From a virus (taxonomy: Duplodnaviria > Caudoviricetes): 64,000 nt of DNA. The translations under genes were made by a program, and so were the position numbers. The stretch is from positions 547 to 64,546 of IMG/VR virus record IMGVR_UViG_2636415866_000004; one strand, written 5' to 3'. Of this stretch, positions 38,547 through 49,239 are shown in pieces (position 1 is the stretch's first letter; each line of letters begins with the position of its first letter). The notes under the pieces are model-generated. The model was given only the letters and a program-made list of their open reading frames with translations, was not told where the DNA came from and made no database searches.

Positions 38547-38984
38547 TTACATCACCTCTTTGTGTATTAATTTTTCCATAAGCTTAGTAGCTTTATCTTC
38601 CTCTGGAATATTTCTTTCAGATTTATCATCTAAGTAATTTAAAGTTAATGTTAAAGTGATAAATCCATCATTACTACTAAACCTCTTTTTCCCTAATACT
38701 ATTTTTCTTTTACCTACTGGCAAATACATATTAAAAACTTCTTTTAATTTATGTTGTATACTAAACATTTTTTCTTGTTTAAGTACTGGCTCTACATAAT
38801 CTATTGTTATATTTACAAGATTTTCATTCCATCTTAAATAAGAATCTTCAGTAAGTGGTGTTACAGATACAAAGAATGTTGGTTCTTTTATTTCTTTTTT
38901 ATTTTCATCAATTTTTACTTCATATTTAAACTCTTTTTTTAAAACTTCTGCTGTACTATATAATAATTCTTCATATCCAATCAT
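38547..38984 (-). CDS. tail terminator-like protein
   Basis: EPTFFV; position before sheath. Confidence 0.75.
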   Translation of the reverse strand: MIGYEELLYSTAEVLKKEFKYEVKIDENKKEIKEPTFFVSVTPLTEDSYLRWNENLVNITIDYVEPVLKQEKMFSIQHKLKEVFNMYLPVGKRKIVLGKKRFSSNDGFITLTLTLNYLDDKSERNIPEEDKATKLMEKLIHKEVM

Positions 38985-39400
38985 CCTATCACCTCTTTCT
39001 TGATTCTCTCTTCAACACTCTTTTCAAGTTCTTCTTGATAGATATCTATACTGTCTCTTATCATATGCCTACCTGGAACTAATTTACCTTTACTTGTTAC
39101 ATAGCCATCTTCTATTTTTTTAGCATAATTAAGCTTACTTCCTGAATCAGCCACTAATCTTTCAGTATCAGAACCGACTTCGCCCTTATAATTATCTCCT
39201 GTTTTTTTAACTCCTGTATGTGTCATAGAGCGCTTTAGATGTCCATCTTTTACTGGCGTTCTAGCTTGCATTTCTGCAACACACATTGTTTGTTTTTCTT
39301 CCATTTCTTCTCTTATAATGCTGTCAGTTTTTTTAATTATGTTTTCAGCTTCTTTTATAATATCTTCAAAGCTCTGCATTATTCTCAACCTCAGTTTCAA
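38981..39400 (-). CDS. HK97 gp10-like neck protein
   Basis: TPVKDGHLKRS..YAKKIEDG..VPGRHM. Confidence 0.85.
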   Translation of the reverse strand: MKLRLRIMQSFEDIIKEAENIIKKTDSIIREEMEEKQTMCVAEMQARTPVKDGHLKRSMTHTGVKKTGDNYKGEVGSDTERLVADSGSKLNYAKKIEDGYVTSKGKLVPGRHMIRDSIDIYQEELEKSVEERIKKEVIG

Positions 39401-39728
39401 TAATTTTTATATCTTCCTTAGATTCCAGTATCATAAGTTCTAAATAATCATCCCATTCAATTATTTTTTGTATAGAATAAAACTTATTTCTATAACCAAT
39501 AACAGCACTTTCAGTTATTTCAGAATAAATATCAGAAAAAACTCTTTTAGTACACTCAATGTCATATCCATAATCTTTTTTACATTTCTCAGCAGAATAA
39601 GGCTGAACATCCACTAAGTAAGGCTCATTGCTTGCTTTTATATAGCCATCTCTTGTTATTCTGTGTTCATCTTCATAAGGACTATAGGTATAAATATTTA
39701 TCTCTTTATCATAGTACATAATCACCAC
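39366..39728 (-). CDS. head closure-like protein
   Basis: DVQPYS..YGY..IIEWDDY; synteny. Confidence 0.75.
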   Translation of the reverse strand: MVIMYYDKEINIYTYSPYEDEHRITRDGYIKASNEPYLVDVQPYSAEKCKKDYGYDIECTKRVFSDIYSEITESAVIGYRNKFYSIQKIIEWDDYLELMILESKEDIKIIETEVENNAEL

Positions 39729-40024
39729 ACCTTAAAATTAATTGGATTAGGCAATAAAGCCTTAATATCTTCTGTTATCACCCAAGCTTCAATATTATCC
39801 ATAAAAGTAGTACTTCTATCACCTTGACTTTGTGATATAACTCCAACGCTTTCTTTAGTCTTTTCAATTTTTTTAGAATTTTTAATAAGCTGCTCTACTG
39901 CAAATGAATAGTTAGCTAAAATATATTCGCTAGTCCACTTAGTATTATTAAATACTTTAAGATATTTTTTTATAATAAAAATCGCTTTTTCCTGGTCTTT
40001 ATCCCAATCTTTTTCCATAGGCAT
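39722..40024 (-). CDS. head-tail connector
   Basis: GVISQSQGDRSTTF..IKALLP. Confidence 0.8.
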   Translation of the reverse strand: MPMEKDWDKDQEKAIFIIKKYLKVFNNTKWTSEYILANYSFAVEQLIKNSKKIEKTKESVGVISQSQGDRSTTFMDNIEAWVITEDIKALLPNPINFKVW

Positions 40025-40029
40025 ATCAC

Positions 40030-40287
40030 CTACTTTCTAAAATTACTTATTATAAAATTAATCAATTCATCTTTTCCTAATTTACTATATCCTTCTAAAT
40101 TATTATCTTTGCAAATATTCTTTAACTGATCCATTGTCATATTCATTAATTCTTCTTGATTGAAATTTTCCACATCATTATTTTCTGTTTTTTCTTCAAC
40201 TATCTTAAAGCCTAAAGAAACAAGCTTTTCAGCCTGTTCTTCAGTACTTACAATCTTTTGAACATTCATATTTTCAAGCTTTATCAT
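40030..40287 (-). CDS. Rho-N/HeH-like small head-associated protein
   Basis: MTMDQLKNICKDNNLEGYSKLGKDELI. Confidence 0.8.
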   Translation of the reverse strand: MIKLENMNVQKIVSTEEQAEKLVSLGFKIVEEKTENNDVENFNQEELMNMTMDQLKNICKDNNLEGYSKLGKDELINFIISNFRK

Positions 40288-40297
40288 TCAATCACTC

Positions 40298-41209
40298 CTA
40301 TGCCTTAGCCTGTTTAATGCTTACATGTGATGCTTTGATTTTTTCATCTGTAATCCATAAATCATGATACTTTCTATAAGCAATCTTCCATGCATCAGCA
40401 TCTTGATTTGATTCTGGATCAATGATTTTAGGTTTATCAGTTTTTGAAATTGCTATTGGAGCTATTCTTGGAGTAATAATCCAGTTAATATCTTTAGCAT
40501 CATCAGCTGCCTTGAATCCTCCCACTTCTTGACCAGAAGTCTTACCATCATTGAAGATATATTTAGTTTTCATTCTTGCAGATGGAACTGGTAATAATGG
40601 AACTCCATCAATTGAACTTACTTCAGTAACAATATCTCCACTTGTAAATTGAACCTTTTCAAGTCTAGTTCCTTGTTCTAATAAACTTAATACAAGTCTA
40701 GAGATACAGCACACTAAATTTACATCCCCTGTAACATCTTTTATTGTATCTATTTCAGTTTTTAAAGTATTCATAATTGTTGTAGCGCTTGCAGTATAGC
40801 CATAAGTTGCTTTATCTTTAGCCATTATCTGTTGTGCCAAAGAACTATATCTGTAAGCATCAATTTCTGGAATAACATTTTCACTTTGGAATGTACTCAT
40901 TACAGCTCCTGCAGTTGATACAAAATTTGTTTCATCTACATCCATAGCATCAAGTAAAAAGCTTCTTGATCTATCTTGTGTCATGGTTTTAGTTTCATAT
41001 CCAAAAGTAATAGCACCACCAGCATATCCATTTGCCCTATCATAATCTCCTAATCCATTAGTTGATAGTTTAGGAATCTTTATAGAATTTCCACCTTTAT
41101 AAATTACTTGTCCTGCATTTGCTTCCATCCAATTTGATGTAGATCCTGCTAATATTTGTTTATCTAATGCCTTTTGAAAAATTTGTGCATATTGAATTGT
41201 ATTTGTCAT
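40298..41209 (-). CDS. major capsid protein
   Basis: IKIPKLS..GLGDYDR..DAMDVDETNF..IPEIDAYR..YRKYHDLW. Confidence 0.9.
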   Translation of the reverse strand: MTNTIQYAQIFQKALDKQILAGSTSNWMEANAGQVIYKGGNSIKIPKLSTNGLGDYDRANGYAGGAITFGYETKTMTQDRSRSFLLDAMDVDETNFVSTAGAVMSTFQSENVIPEIDAYRYSSLAQQIMAKDKATYGYTASATTIMNTLKTEIDTIKDVTGDVNLVCCISRLVLSLLEQGTRLEKVQFTSGDIVTEVSSIDGVPLLPVPSARMKTKYIFNDGKTSGQEVGGFKAADDAKDINWIITPRIAPIAISKTDKPKIIDPESNQDADAWKIAYRKYHDLWITDEKIKASHVSIKQAKA

Positions 41210-41242
41210 GATTTAATCATCCTCTCTTTTTGTGTTTATTTT

Positions 41243-41833
41243 TTAAAGACCAAAAGCCTTATATACATCCTGTTCAAGTTGTTTTGCCTTATTAGCTTCA
41301 TTACTTGATGGAGTATGTTGATTATCTTTTAATCTCTTTTCAATTTCTGATTGTATAAAAGGTTTATTACCTTCAATATAAAGAGCTAAATTTGCCTTTG
41401 TAATTTCTTCATCTTCATTAACTAATAAATCAATTATTTTTGAATCAATTCCTTTATAAGATTCATCACTCTTTATTCTTGACTTTTGATCACTTAATTT
41501 TCTTTGCTTTTCTGACTCATTAAGTCTTTGTTCCATTTCTTCTAGCTTTAGTTGTTCTGGAGTTTTACTTGGATTTCTCTTTAGTAATTCAGCTTCAACC
41601 ATTTTATTTAAATTATTAGCCTTCCAAGTTTCTAATGCTTTTGTAAAATGTGTGTCCTTAATAGAATCTAAATAAGATTTAAATTCTGTGTCATTTTCTT
41701 TTTCTTTAAATGCATCTAAAGTTAAGCCACTACTTAAAAGTGACTTTGCAAAATCACTTTGTGATAAGACTTCATCAACTGAACCCTCATCTTCAATATT
41801 TTCAGTAAGTTTTAATAAATCTTTCTTAAACAT
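41243..41833 (-). CDS. capsid scaffold (DUF4355-like)
   Basis: KALETWKANNL..TPEQ coiled coil; precedes capsid. Confidence 0.85.
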   Translation of the reverse strand: MFKKDLLKLTENIEDEGSVDEVLSQSDFAKSLLSSGLTLDAFKEKENDTEFKSYLDSIKDTHFTKALETWKANNLNKMVEAELLKRNPSKTPEQLKLEEMEQRLNESEKQRKLSDQKSRIKSDESYKGIDSKIIDLLVNEDEEITKANLALYIEGNKPFIQSEIEKRLKDNQHTPSSNEANKAKQLEQDVYKAFGL

Positions 41834-42040
41834 ATTTCCTCCTCATCCCCTAGACCATCTGTAATGCCCTAGAACACGTTTTATTTTTGTAATATATAAT
41901 TTATCTACTTGTACACGAAATACACCCACAAGCTTAAGAACATAAAAATAAGCCTTATTACTAAGACTTTAGATAATGAACTATAACAGTAATTATTACT
42001 GCTAATGTAGAACCTATAATTAAATTAATAATACTTTGCA

Positions 42041-42406
42041 TTATTTTTCATTTTTCCCTAATACATTTCTTTCAATTCTATCTTCCTTACGCATATTTAA
42101 CCAAAGTAAGGCTTCTTCTATATGTGTTAATGCACAGGCATTTTCTCTACAAGAATAAGGACCTCTTTGGAAGGCTTTTAATCTATCCCTTACCATTTCT
42201 AATAAATCTTCATCACAAGCACCATGTTGACTACCCTCTACATTTCTAGGACCTTTTTGAAATGTTATTACCTGTTCTTTAGGCACTTGTAATCCCTTAT
42301 CAGACATTATTCCATATTCATGACTAGCTCCACCAGGACCTGCTTCATCACAGGCAAATACTCTATTTAATTTTTCTCTCTTTTGGATTGTACTTAATTC
42401 TTTCAT
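42041..42406 (-). CDS. tad1: Tad1 anti-Thoeris/anti-CBASS sponge protein
   Basis: [42 protein letters not shown]...[22 protein letters not shown] closely follows C. botulinum Tad1 as I recall it. Confidence 0.9.
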   Translation of the reverse strand: MKELSTIQKREKLNRVFACDEAGPGGASHEYGIMSDKGLQVPKEQVITFQKGPRNVEGSQHGACDEDLLEMVRDRLKAFQRGPYSCRENACALTHIEEALLWLNMRKEDRIERNVLGKNEK

Positions 42407-42409
42407 CTT

Positions 42410-42673
42410 TCAATTCCTCCTTAAACTTTCTATTCTTGATTTTAACTGTTTATTAAGTCTTTCTACTAATTCATCCATAGATATTGATGAATCATTTTGT
42501 ATTTTTATTTGATTTTTCACTTCTGTATGCATTCCTATAACTTTATCTTCTAAAGATTTATAAACCTCACAACTTTCTTTCTCTACTTTATATCTTTTGT
42601 AATCTACTACAATCCAAATACCAATAAGTATCATTGATATAAAGGCTATTGCTGAACTAAATATTGTAATCAC
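42410..42673 (-). CDS. single-TM coiled-coil protein
   Basis: N-terminal TM, AGGAGG SD. Confidence 0.65.
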   Translation of the reverse strand: MITIFSSAIAFISMILIGIWIVVDYKRYKVEKESCEVYKSLEDKVIGMHTEVKNQIKIQNDSSISMDELVERLNKQLKSRIESLRRN

Positions 42674-42729
42674 CTCCTTAATTTTAGGTATAATAAAAGC
42701 ACCTGTAATTAAACAAGTGCCGTTTCAAA

Positions 42730-42930
42730 TTATTTTTCTAACAGTGGTCCTAAATATTCTATTCCACATCTATTACAATACCAGGAATAATATTTTCCAT
42801 TTATTTTGTTATTACATTCAGGACAAATAATTTCGCCATTTCCTTTTCCATCAAAACTAACAATTTCAACATCAAATGGATTTTTATTATTTGGGGCTGG
42901 ATATATAAATTTTCCATTCATTTTAATCAC
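42730..42930 (-). CDS. small zinc-ribbon moron
   Basis: CPEC..CNRC; flanked by hairpins. Confidence 0.65.
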   Translation of the reverse strand: MIKMNGKFIYPAPNNKNPFDVEIVSFDGKGNGEIICPECNNKINGKYYSWYCNRCGIEYLGPLLEK

Positions 42931-43007
42931 CTCTAAATAATATTATAACTGCTTTTTATAATAATTTACAATTTAAAAGCACCTACTCATTTTTCTAAGT
43001 AAGTGCT

Positions 43008-43268
43008 CTAGTTTGTTTGATAATAAATTTCATCATATATTTTTTGAAGCTTTTCTCCATCATCATTTAAATAATCTTCATTTACAAATCCTATTTCTAA
43101 TTGTTTATCTTCTACAAACTCCATTATATCTAATTTAGTATCAACATCTAAATAAAAGTCAACCTTGTCATTTTTATAGCTAATATCTTTTATTTTATTT
43201 TTCAAATTATCCTCTAGTTTATCAGTCATATAATCATACAATGATTTACTTAGTATAATTTTATACAT
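43008..43268 (-). CDS. candidate immunity protein of the MuF toxin
   Basis: Small acidic ORF overlapping the MuF stop; GF...YLNDDGEKLQKIYDEIY. Confidence 0.7.
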   Translation of the reverse strand: MYKIILSKSLYDYMTDKLEDNLKNKIKDISYKNDKVDFYLDVDTKLDIMEFVEDKQLEIGFVNEDYLNDDGEKLQKIYDEIYYQTN

Positions 43269-44715
43269 TTTTTAACCTCCTCACTAAATCACTATCTGTT
43301 GGATTACATTGAATTAAATTACCTGTATTAGGGTTTACCGTTATTGTTATTTTTTCTCCAATAAATTTATGACTATTTTTCTTAGGTTCTTCCTTTATTT
43401 TTAATGGATTTGTCAATGTTTTTAATATATCATCTGCTTCAATACCTTCCCTTGGCCTTTTCTTTTCAGGATCAAATGATGTTCCAAGTACTCTCTCTAT
43501 AAAATGTTTGCTTTGTGACTTGATTTTAATCCCATTTACAGTTTTTAATCCTACTATTTCTTTATTAATTATCATTTTATATTTTTTATAATCATCAAAA
43601 GAACTAAATACTGAAATCATATTACTTAATCTTGATTTAGTATAATCTTTAAATAATTCCCATTCATTAGTATTATTATACTTCAACTTCTGGAACTTAT
43701 CAAAAGATTTAGGCACTTCTTTTCCTAAAATTTCTTTATATTTTTCATATTGCTTTCTATCAGATGATTTATTTTTAATCATTTTTTCATTAGCAAGTCT
43801 TTTATGGTTATTTTCTATATAATTCTTATGCCATTCCTCATAGCTTTGCCAATTAATTTTTTCTTTAGTTTCATTATCAAGCCTCATTTTAGGTCGCCAA
43901 TCAGCATTAGGTATGTTTGTATAACAACACCTACAAAATGGATGTTGAGGTATTTCTACAGGCTTTTTATCTAATTCAAAGGGCTTTCCATCATATTGAG
44001 CACAATTAGCGCATATATGACCATCTAAAGTAGCCATGTATAAGACATATTTTATATTGTGTTCTTGCTGCCAAACATTATTAATTCCTTCTTGAACTCT
44101 GCAAATGTTATCCTGTATTAATCTCTTAGTATTATATGCATTTGAATTATACTTTTTCTTTATTTTTGCTTCTATTTCATTTACACTAGTTTTTCCATTA
44201 AGGAAATCATCAATTTCTAATTGCAGGTCCTTTTGAAGGTCATTTTTGTTATTCCAAAGCCTGTCACTCCAAATTTCATTTTCAACTTTAGCATTAATTA
44301 CATCCTTTAAAGTTGTATCATCTACAGGCTTAATATCCCAACTTACATTCATTCCTATATCATGTAGATAGTTGTTAATATTATATTTCTCTTTGCCAGT
44401 AGATTTTAAAATTTCATCAGTTAACTTAGTTTCATTTCCTAATTCTTCTTGAATTTTATCTCTAATTACTTTGCTTAACTTTTCTTTTAATTTCTTCTTT
44501 TCAGTAATACTAATAGATAATTTACTGTCTGCAATATTATAAGATAACATAGTCTTTGCTATTTCTTTAAAAATATCTTCTCTATTGCTTAATTGTGCCT
44601 TATATACTTCTTTTAATTGTTCATCAGCTTTATTATATAGCTCTTCAGTAAATTCTAATTGCTTATCGATATAAAGTTGTTGTTCTTTAGTAAGTTTCTT
44701 ACTCATTTGCACCAA
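43261..44715 (-). CDS. MuF/SPP1 gp7 minor head protein with C-terminal toxin-like domain
   Basis: WSDRLW, ATLDGHIC..C, PQHPFCRC; extension with SKHFIERV..ITVNPNTGNLIQCNP. Confidence 0.88.
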   Translation of the reverse strand: MVQMSKKLTKEQQLYIDKQLEFTEELYNKADEQLKEVYKAQLSNREDIFKEIAKTMLSYNIADSKLSISITEKKKLKEKLSKVIRDKIQEELGNETKLTDEILKSTGKEKYNINNYLHDIGMNVSWDIKPVDDTTLKDVINAKVENEIWSDRLWNNKNDLQKDLQLEIDDFLNGKTSVNEIEAKIKKKYNSNAYNTKRLIQDNICRVQEGINNVWQQEHNIKYVLYMATLDGHICANCAQYDGKPFELDKKPVEIPQHPFCRCCYTNIPNADWRPKMRLDNETKEKINWQSYEEWHKNYIENNHKRLANEKMIKNKSSDRKQYEKYKEILGKEVPKSFDKFQKLKYNNTNEWELFKDYTKSRLSNMISVFSSFDDYKKYKMIINKEIVGLKTVNGIKIKSQSKHFIERVLGTSFDPEKKRPREGIEADDILKTLTNPLKIKEEPKKNSHKFIGEKITITVNPNTGNLIQCNPTDSDLVRRLKNV

Positions 44716-46069
44716 CTACCTTATCAAGATCTAATTCATTTTTTAAATCTTCTTGTCGTTCTTTTTTAACTTTTTCACCTTCAGTAACTGGATTACTAAT
44801 ACGAGGCAGCCATGATCTTAAAGTTTCATTTGAAACAAGTCCTTGCGGAAGTTGAGAAATTATTTGAGCTATAGTTGCTTCATCAACTGGAACCTTAGGA
44901 GTATATTCTATATGAATTAATTTAGAATCATAATTATCACCTTTAATGGTCCATAAATATTTAAATAAACATCTTAGCCTAGTTCTTATAATATTTGTCA
45001 TAGCCTTTTCATTCATAGAACATTTAGCCTCTAGATTTTGGAGTCTACTTCTAAGGGCCATCCCGCTAAGATTGCTAACCATTTTCTCATTAGAGTCTAT
45101 ATGAGAAGTTAATGTGTATATTAAATCTTTAACATCATCCCTGGTATTTTTTATAAAAGTATCATTAATATTTTTAATCAACCATTCTGCATCTTCAATT
45201 TTCTTATCTCCAAAAAATAATACAGAATTTCCTCTAATAACAGGCTGCTTTTGCTTAGGATTGCCATCATCATCTAAAACAACATTTCCATCCTTGTCTG
45301 TTTCATTTTCCGTTTCAATTCCATATAGTTTCAATATTGCATTTCTAAAATCACTTATTTCTGACACCATATCACTTAAATTAGTTTCAAAAGCATCTTG
45401 TAAAGTCTTTATAGTCCTATAGATAGTCTTATCACCCTCTATATATCCATTCTTTTCAGTGTAGGTTTTTCCACCAACCTTGCCAATTCCAACTGGTACT
45501 ATTCCGAATGGATGTGATTTAGGATTTTCAACCTCTACAAAATTAGAATCAAAATAATATATCATTTCATCAGTATAAACATCTATATATTCCTCATCAT
45601 TAAACTGATTTGAGTGTATATGTAAGAAATATTTTAATTTATCACCTTTGAAATATGTGTAACCATCTAATGGAGTGATTATTTTGTTTTTAAATTCTAA
45701 ATTTTCATCTAAATAAGAAAGTTCATAACCTAAACCATACTTTATTAATTCTATTGCCAAATTCAAATCATGATCGGCCACATTATTTTTAAGATAATAA
45801 TTTATATCTTTAGGTACTTGAGGATTATTATCTTTATAAGTATAAGTAATATTATTGCCAAAACTATATTGTGCTTCTTCATCTACTAATTTTTGTACGA
45901 AATTAGTAAATACTTTAAGATTACTTCTACCTTTCATAGGCTTAAATTTACTAAGACTATCGGTATTTCCGTAATAGTAAGCATTTATTTTATCATAGTA
46001 ATCATAATTGCTTTTATAATCTAGATAGCTCCTTTTAATTATTTCTAATTCTTTATCATCCATAATCAC
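44699..46069 (-). CDS. SPP1-type portal protein
   Basis: NFVQKLVDEEAQY..GN; NLSGMALR; SNET. Confidence 0.92.
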   Translation of the reverse strand: MIMDDKELEIIKRSYLDYKSNYDYYDKINAYYYGNTDSLSKFKPMKGRSNLKVFTNFVQKLVDEEAQYSFGNNITYTYKDNNPQVPKDINYYLKNNVADHDLNLAIELIKYGLGYELSYLDENLEFKNKIITPLDGYTYFKGDKLKYFLHIHSNQFNDEEYIDVYTDEMIYYFDSNFVEVENPKSHPFGIVPVGIGKVGGKTYTEKNGYIEGDKTIYRTIKTLQDAFETNLSDMVSEISDFRNAILKLYGIETENETDKDGNVVLDDDGNPKQKQPVIRGNSVLFFGDKKIEDAEWLIKNINDTFIKNTRDDVKDLIYTLTSHIDSNEKMVSNLSGMALRSRLQNLEAKCSMNEKAMTNIIRTRLRCLFKYLWTIKGDNYDSKLIHIEYTPKVPVDEATIAQIISQLPQGLVSNETLRSWLPRISNPVTEGEKVKKERQEDLKNELDLDKVVGANE

Positions 46070-46077
46070 AAACCTCC

Positions 46078-47841
46078 TTATCCATAAATTTGATCAATAG
46101 AACCAATTCTTAATTTTTTTCTTACTTTAATAGTTTTTATTTTATTTTCTAACTCTGCTAAATTATCAGGTGCATCATCATGAACTGAATATAATTGACC
46201 TTGAAACTCTTCTATTTCTTCTATAGCAACTTTACTATCTTCACAATCAGATACAATAATAATTTGACCGTTATTAACAGCATCAACTATTGTACTAATC
46301 TTTTCATCCTTATTTTTCTTTTGCATTTCATTAATCCACTCATATTTTTTACCTTTGAGTATTTCACTTGCAGCAATTAGTTCTTTAATCTTAATTACAT
46401 CAGCACCTTGATAAGTGTTTTTTTCAACATTGATATGAGTAACATCTAAATTTCTTTCAAGTACCTCAACAACTTTTTCGCAATATTGATTAAATGTCAT
46501 TTTCCTATGTACTATATCTCTAATATAGGTAAAGTCATTAGTTGCTTTACTTCCAGCCATAATATTTGTGCTATCTGATTTCTTATTAGTAGTACTTGCT
46601 GGATCCACACTAAGCATAGTTTTAGTAAAATCATGCTGCTCAATTTCTTCCTTAGTTTGAGTTCTAACACTCTTAAACCACTTTTCTCCTATAGAACTTG
46701 CATCATTTTGATATTCAGAAAAAAAACTTTCTCTATCTTCCCAATATTTAGTTGCTAATTCAAAACAACTCCATTTTTCAGACCATAAAACAGGAAACTC
46801 CATGTCTTTTTTATGATCCTCATAAAATGTTTTTGCTTTTTCTTGCCTTTCATCTTTATCTATTATTTTTTCATCATAGTAAATGTCATGGCATTCTTTC
46901 CACAAATCAGAATCAAATATATCATCTACACTTTCATCACCTTCTAAAGGTATTGCACGTCTTAAAATAAGATGATATGTGGTGTTCCTTGATAATTTAG
47001 AAGCTAAGCAGTCTATATGCATCACAGTACCTATAAAAATTATTTTGGTAGCTGATTTAATCTTTTTACCATCTCTGTAAACAGCTTTATCTCCTACTTC
47101 TTCTACTTCTGTCATCCATTTATTATATTGTTTATTTCGGGAATCCTCTGTAAGTATGTTTTTCTTATCTTGAAAGTCATCTCCAATTACAACGGTTGGT
47201 CTTACTCCGTTCCAATTTGCACCTCTGACAGATGTTCCTGAACCTACTACTCTTATATAAGTGCCATTAGTAAACTCAACTTCATTTGCGTTTATTTTAT
47301 ATCTTTCACCTGTAGTAGGATTAATAGCCTTTGGATTTATTAATTTTCCAAATACTTTTCTTATTTTTTTATTTTCATTAAATTGTTTTTTTATTGAACT
47401 CAAAAATTGAGTAGAATCATCATCTGTTTTAGCTCCTAGCAATGTAAATTTACTTTTCTTATAGCAATGTAAATAAACTCCTGCTGTCATATCAAATATT
47501 GTAGTTTTAGCTGTTCCACGTGGTTCTAACGCACAAGCTTTATCAAACTTATCTCTTATAAACATATCATTTGCTAAATCTAACATTTCATAGTGCACAG
47601 GCGCTAACTTTCTATTGAAATTATTATCTTTAACAACAAATGTATCACTCATAAAATATAAACTAAAAAATTCAATATCTATTTCACCTAATGCCCTTGC
47701 GAGTTCATCTAAATCACTATTATTAGCTTCCATAAGTGCTTTAGATATTTTACTATTATAATGCTTAGTGAGGTACTTATTTAACAGATATACCTCATAT
47801 TTAAGCTCTGTATCAAATTTTAAGTTGTCAAAGTATATCAT
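46078..47841 (-). CDS. terL: terminase large subunit
   Basis: PRGTAKT, VIGDD, VDPAS, HDDAPD. Confidence 0.92.
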   Translation of the reverse strand: MIYFDNLKFDTELKYEVYLLNKYLTKHYNSKISKALMEANNSDLDELARALGEIDIEFFSLYFMSDTFVVKDNNFNRKLAPVHYEMLDLANDMFIRDKFDKACALEPRGTAKTTIFDMTAGVYLHCYKKSKFTLLGAKTDDDSTQFLSSIKKQFNENKKIRKVFGKLINPKAINPTTGERYKINANEVEFTNGTYIRVVGSGTSVRGANWNGVRPTVVIGDDFQDKKNILTEDSRNKQYNKWMTEVEEVGDKAVYRDGKKIKSATKIIFIGTVMHIDCLASKLSRNTTYHLILRRAIPLEGDESVDDIFDSDLWKECHDIYYDEKIIDKDERQEKAKTFYEDHKKDMEFPVLWSEKWSCFELATKYWEDRESFFSEYQNDASSIGEKWFKSVRTQTKEEIEQHDFTKTMLSVDPASTTNKKSDSTNIMAGSKATNDFTYIRDIVHRKMTFNQYCEKVVEVLERNLDVTHINVEKNTYQGADVIKIKELIAASEILKGKKYEWINEMQKKNKDEKISTIVDAVNNGQIIIVSDCEDSKVAIEEIEEFQGQLYSVHDDAPDNLAELENKIKTIKVRKKLRIGSIDQIYG

Positions 47842-47908
47842 GTTATTCCTCCATTTAATTGTTTTTGAGCATAATAAAAGAACCCTATTTCTAGAGTTCT
47901 TAAATTAA

Positions 47909-48103
47909 TTATTTATCATAATCAGCTTGATAAGCCACATGGTGATATTTTTTGTATAATTCAGCTAATTTATCTTCTGTTATTTCATCTTGTGTAAAAT
48001 TTCCATGTTTTAAATATAGTTGAATTAATTCTATTGCTACATCTCTTCTATTCCTTTGAATTGGTGTAGGATCTACATTTACTTTGTCAGCCATTATTTT
48101 CAC
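47909..48103 (-). CDS. small moron protein
   Basis: Own TGTATAAT upstream and hairpin downstream (47879-47901). Confidence 0.65.
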   Translation of the reverse strand: MKIMADKVNVDPTPIQRNRRDVAIELIQLYLKHGNFTQDEITEDKLAELYKKYHHVAYQADYDK

Positions 48104-48199
48104 CTTCTTCTATATAACTAATTATACAAAAAAATATAAATTCCTTCTAATTGTTACAAATTAATATATAATAAATCAATAAAATTAGCATTTAAAACT

Positions 48200-49024
48200 T
48201 TATATCCTACTATTCTTATTTAATAAACTTTGTACTTTTCCAAATACTATTTTATTAATTATAATCTCATGTGTACCTTCTTTTTTAATATCACCATGAG
48301 TAACTATACCTTTATAAAAATCATTCTCTAATATGTTTTTAATAGATTGTCTGCTGAAGCTTTTATCTTTATTAGTAGTAAGATTATTCTCATCTAAATA
48401 TTTTTTAACTTTACCCAAAGACTTTAATTCTAAATATTTATTAAATATAATCTTTACTACATCAACCTTTTTTTCATCTATAACAATACTATCATTATCC
48501 CATTTATAACCTATTGGAGCTATCCCACAAGCTTTACTCCCTGACTTAGCTTTTGTTCTTCTACCCTTAGCTAATTTAAGAGAAATACTCATTCTATCGT
48601 ATTGGTCCAATAATTCCATCATTCCATTAATAAGAAAATCATTTGGATCATTAGCATAAATACTATATGTTGGCTGCTCTATACTAATTACATCAGCATT
48701 AGCTTTTTTAAGCTCTCTTCTTATTAATACTTTTACAGTATCAGAACGCCAAAGCCTTGAAGTATTTAAAACTACTACTTTATCTATTTCACTATTTAAA
48801 GATGATAATAAATCAGTAATTCCAGGTCTATCAATTGAATCTTCATTAGAATTTGTTTTAGCTCCACTTAGTCCAGCATCTTTGAATATGTCAACCAACT
48901 CTAAGTTATTTACTTTACAATAATCAATAATTGCTTTTTCTTGTGTTTCTAATCCATATCCTTTTTCTACTTGTGTAGATGTTGAAACTCTAATATAGCC
49001 TAATACCTTTTTCATATTTATCAC
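48200..49024 (-). CDS. serine recombinase (catalytic + recombinase domain, no zinc ribbon)
   Basis: [41 protein letters not shown]. Confidence 0.9.
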   Translation of the reverse strand: MINMKKVLGYIRVSTSTQVEKGYGLETQEKAIIDYCKVNNLELVDIFKDAGLSGAKTNSNEDSIDRPGITDLLSSLNSEIDKVVVLNTSRLWRSDTVKVLIRRELKKANADVISIEQPTYSIYANDPNDFLINGMMELLDQYDRMSISLKLAKGRRTKAKSGSKACGIAPIGYKWDNDSIVIDEKKVDVVKIIFNKYLELKSLGKVKKYLDENNLTTNKDKSFSRQSIKNILENDFYKGIVTHGDIKKEGTHEIIINKIVFGKVQSLLNKNSRI

Positions 49025-49131
49025 CCTTCATATTAAAAAATACTAAGAAATTTTATAGCGCTTAGCGACAGCTTTAAAGCATTTCTAAATTTAGAATGTA
49101 CCCCTAGCACTATAGTCAATCCTTATATATT

Positions 49132-49160
49132 ATATTACTCTTATATATGAAAAGTGTCAA
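49132..49160 (-). promoter_or_regulatory. sigma-A-like promoter for the recombinase
   Basis: TTGACA (49160-55)-17 bp-TAATAT (49137-32). Confidence 0.65.
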
Positions 49161-49239
49161 ATATTATGAATGATATTTTACAAATATATCGCTTGTATTA
49201 TGTAATAAAGCTATTTATATACTATTTATCTTATAGTAA

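Noticed and set aside
41904-42041. 45-aa hydrophobic ORF overlapping the tad1 stop
   Set aside because: Runs through a terminator-like hairpin; AT-rich DNA yields such frames easily; not enough support
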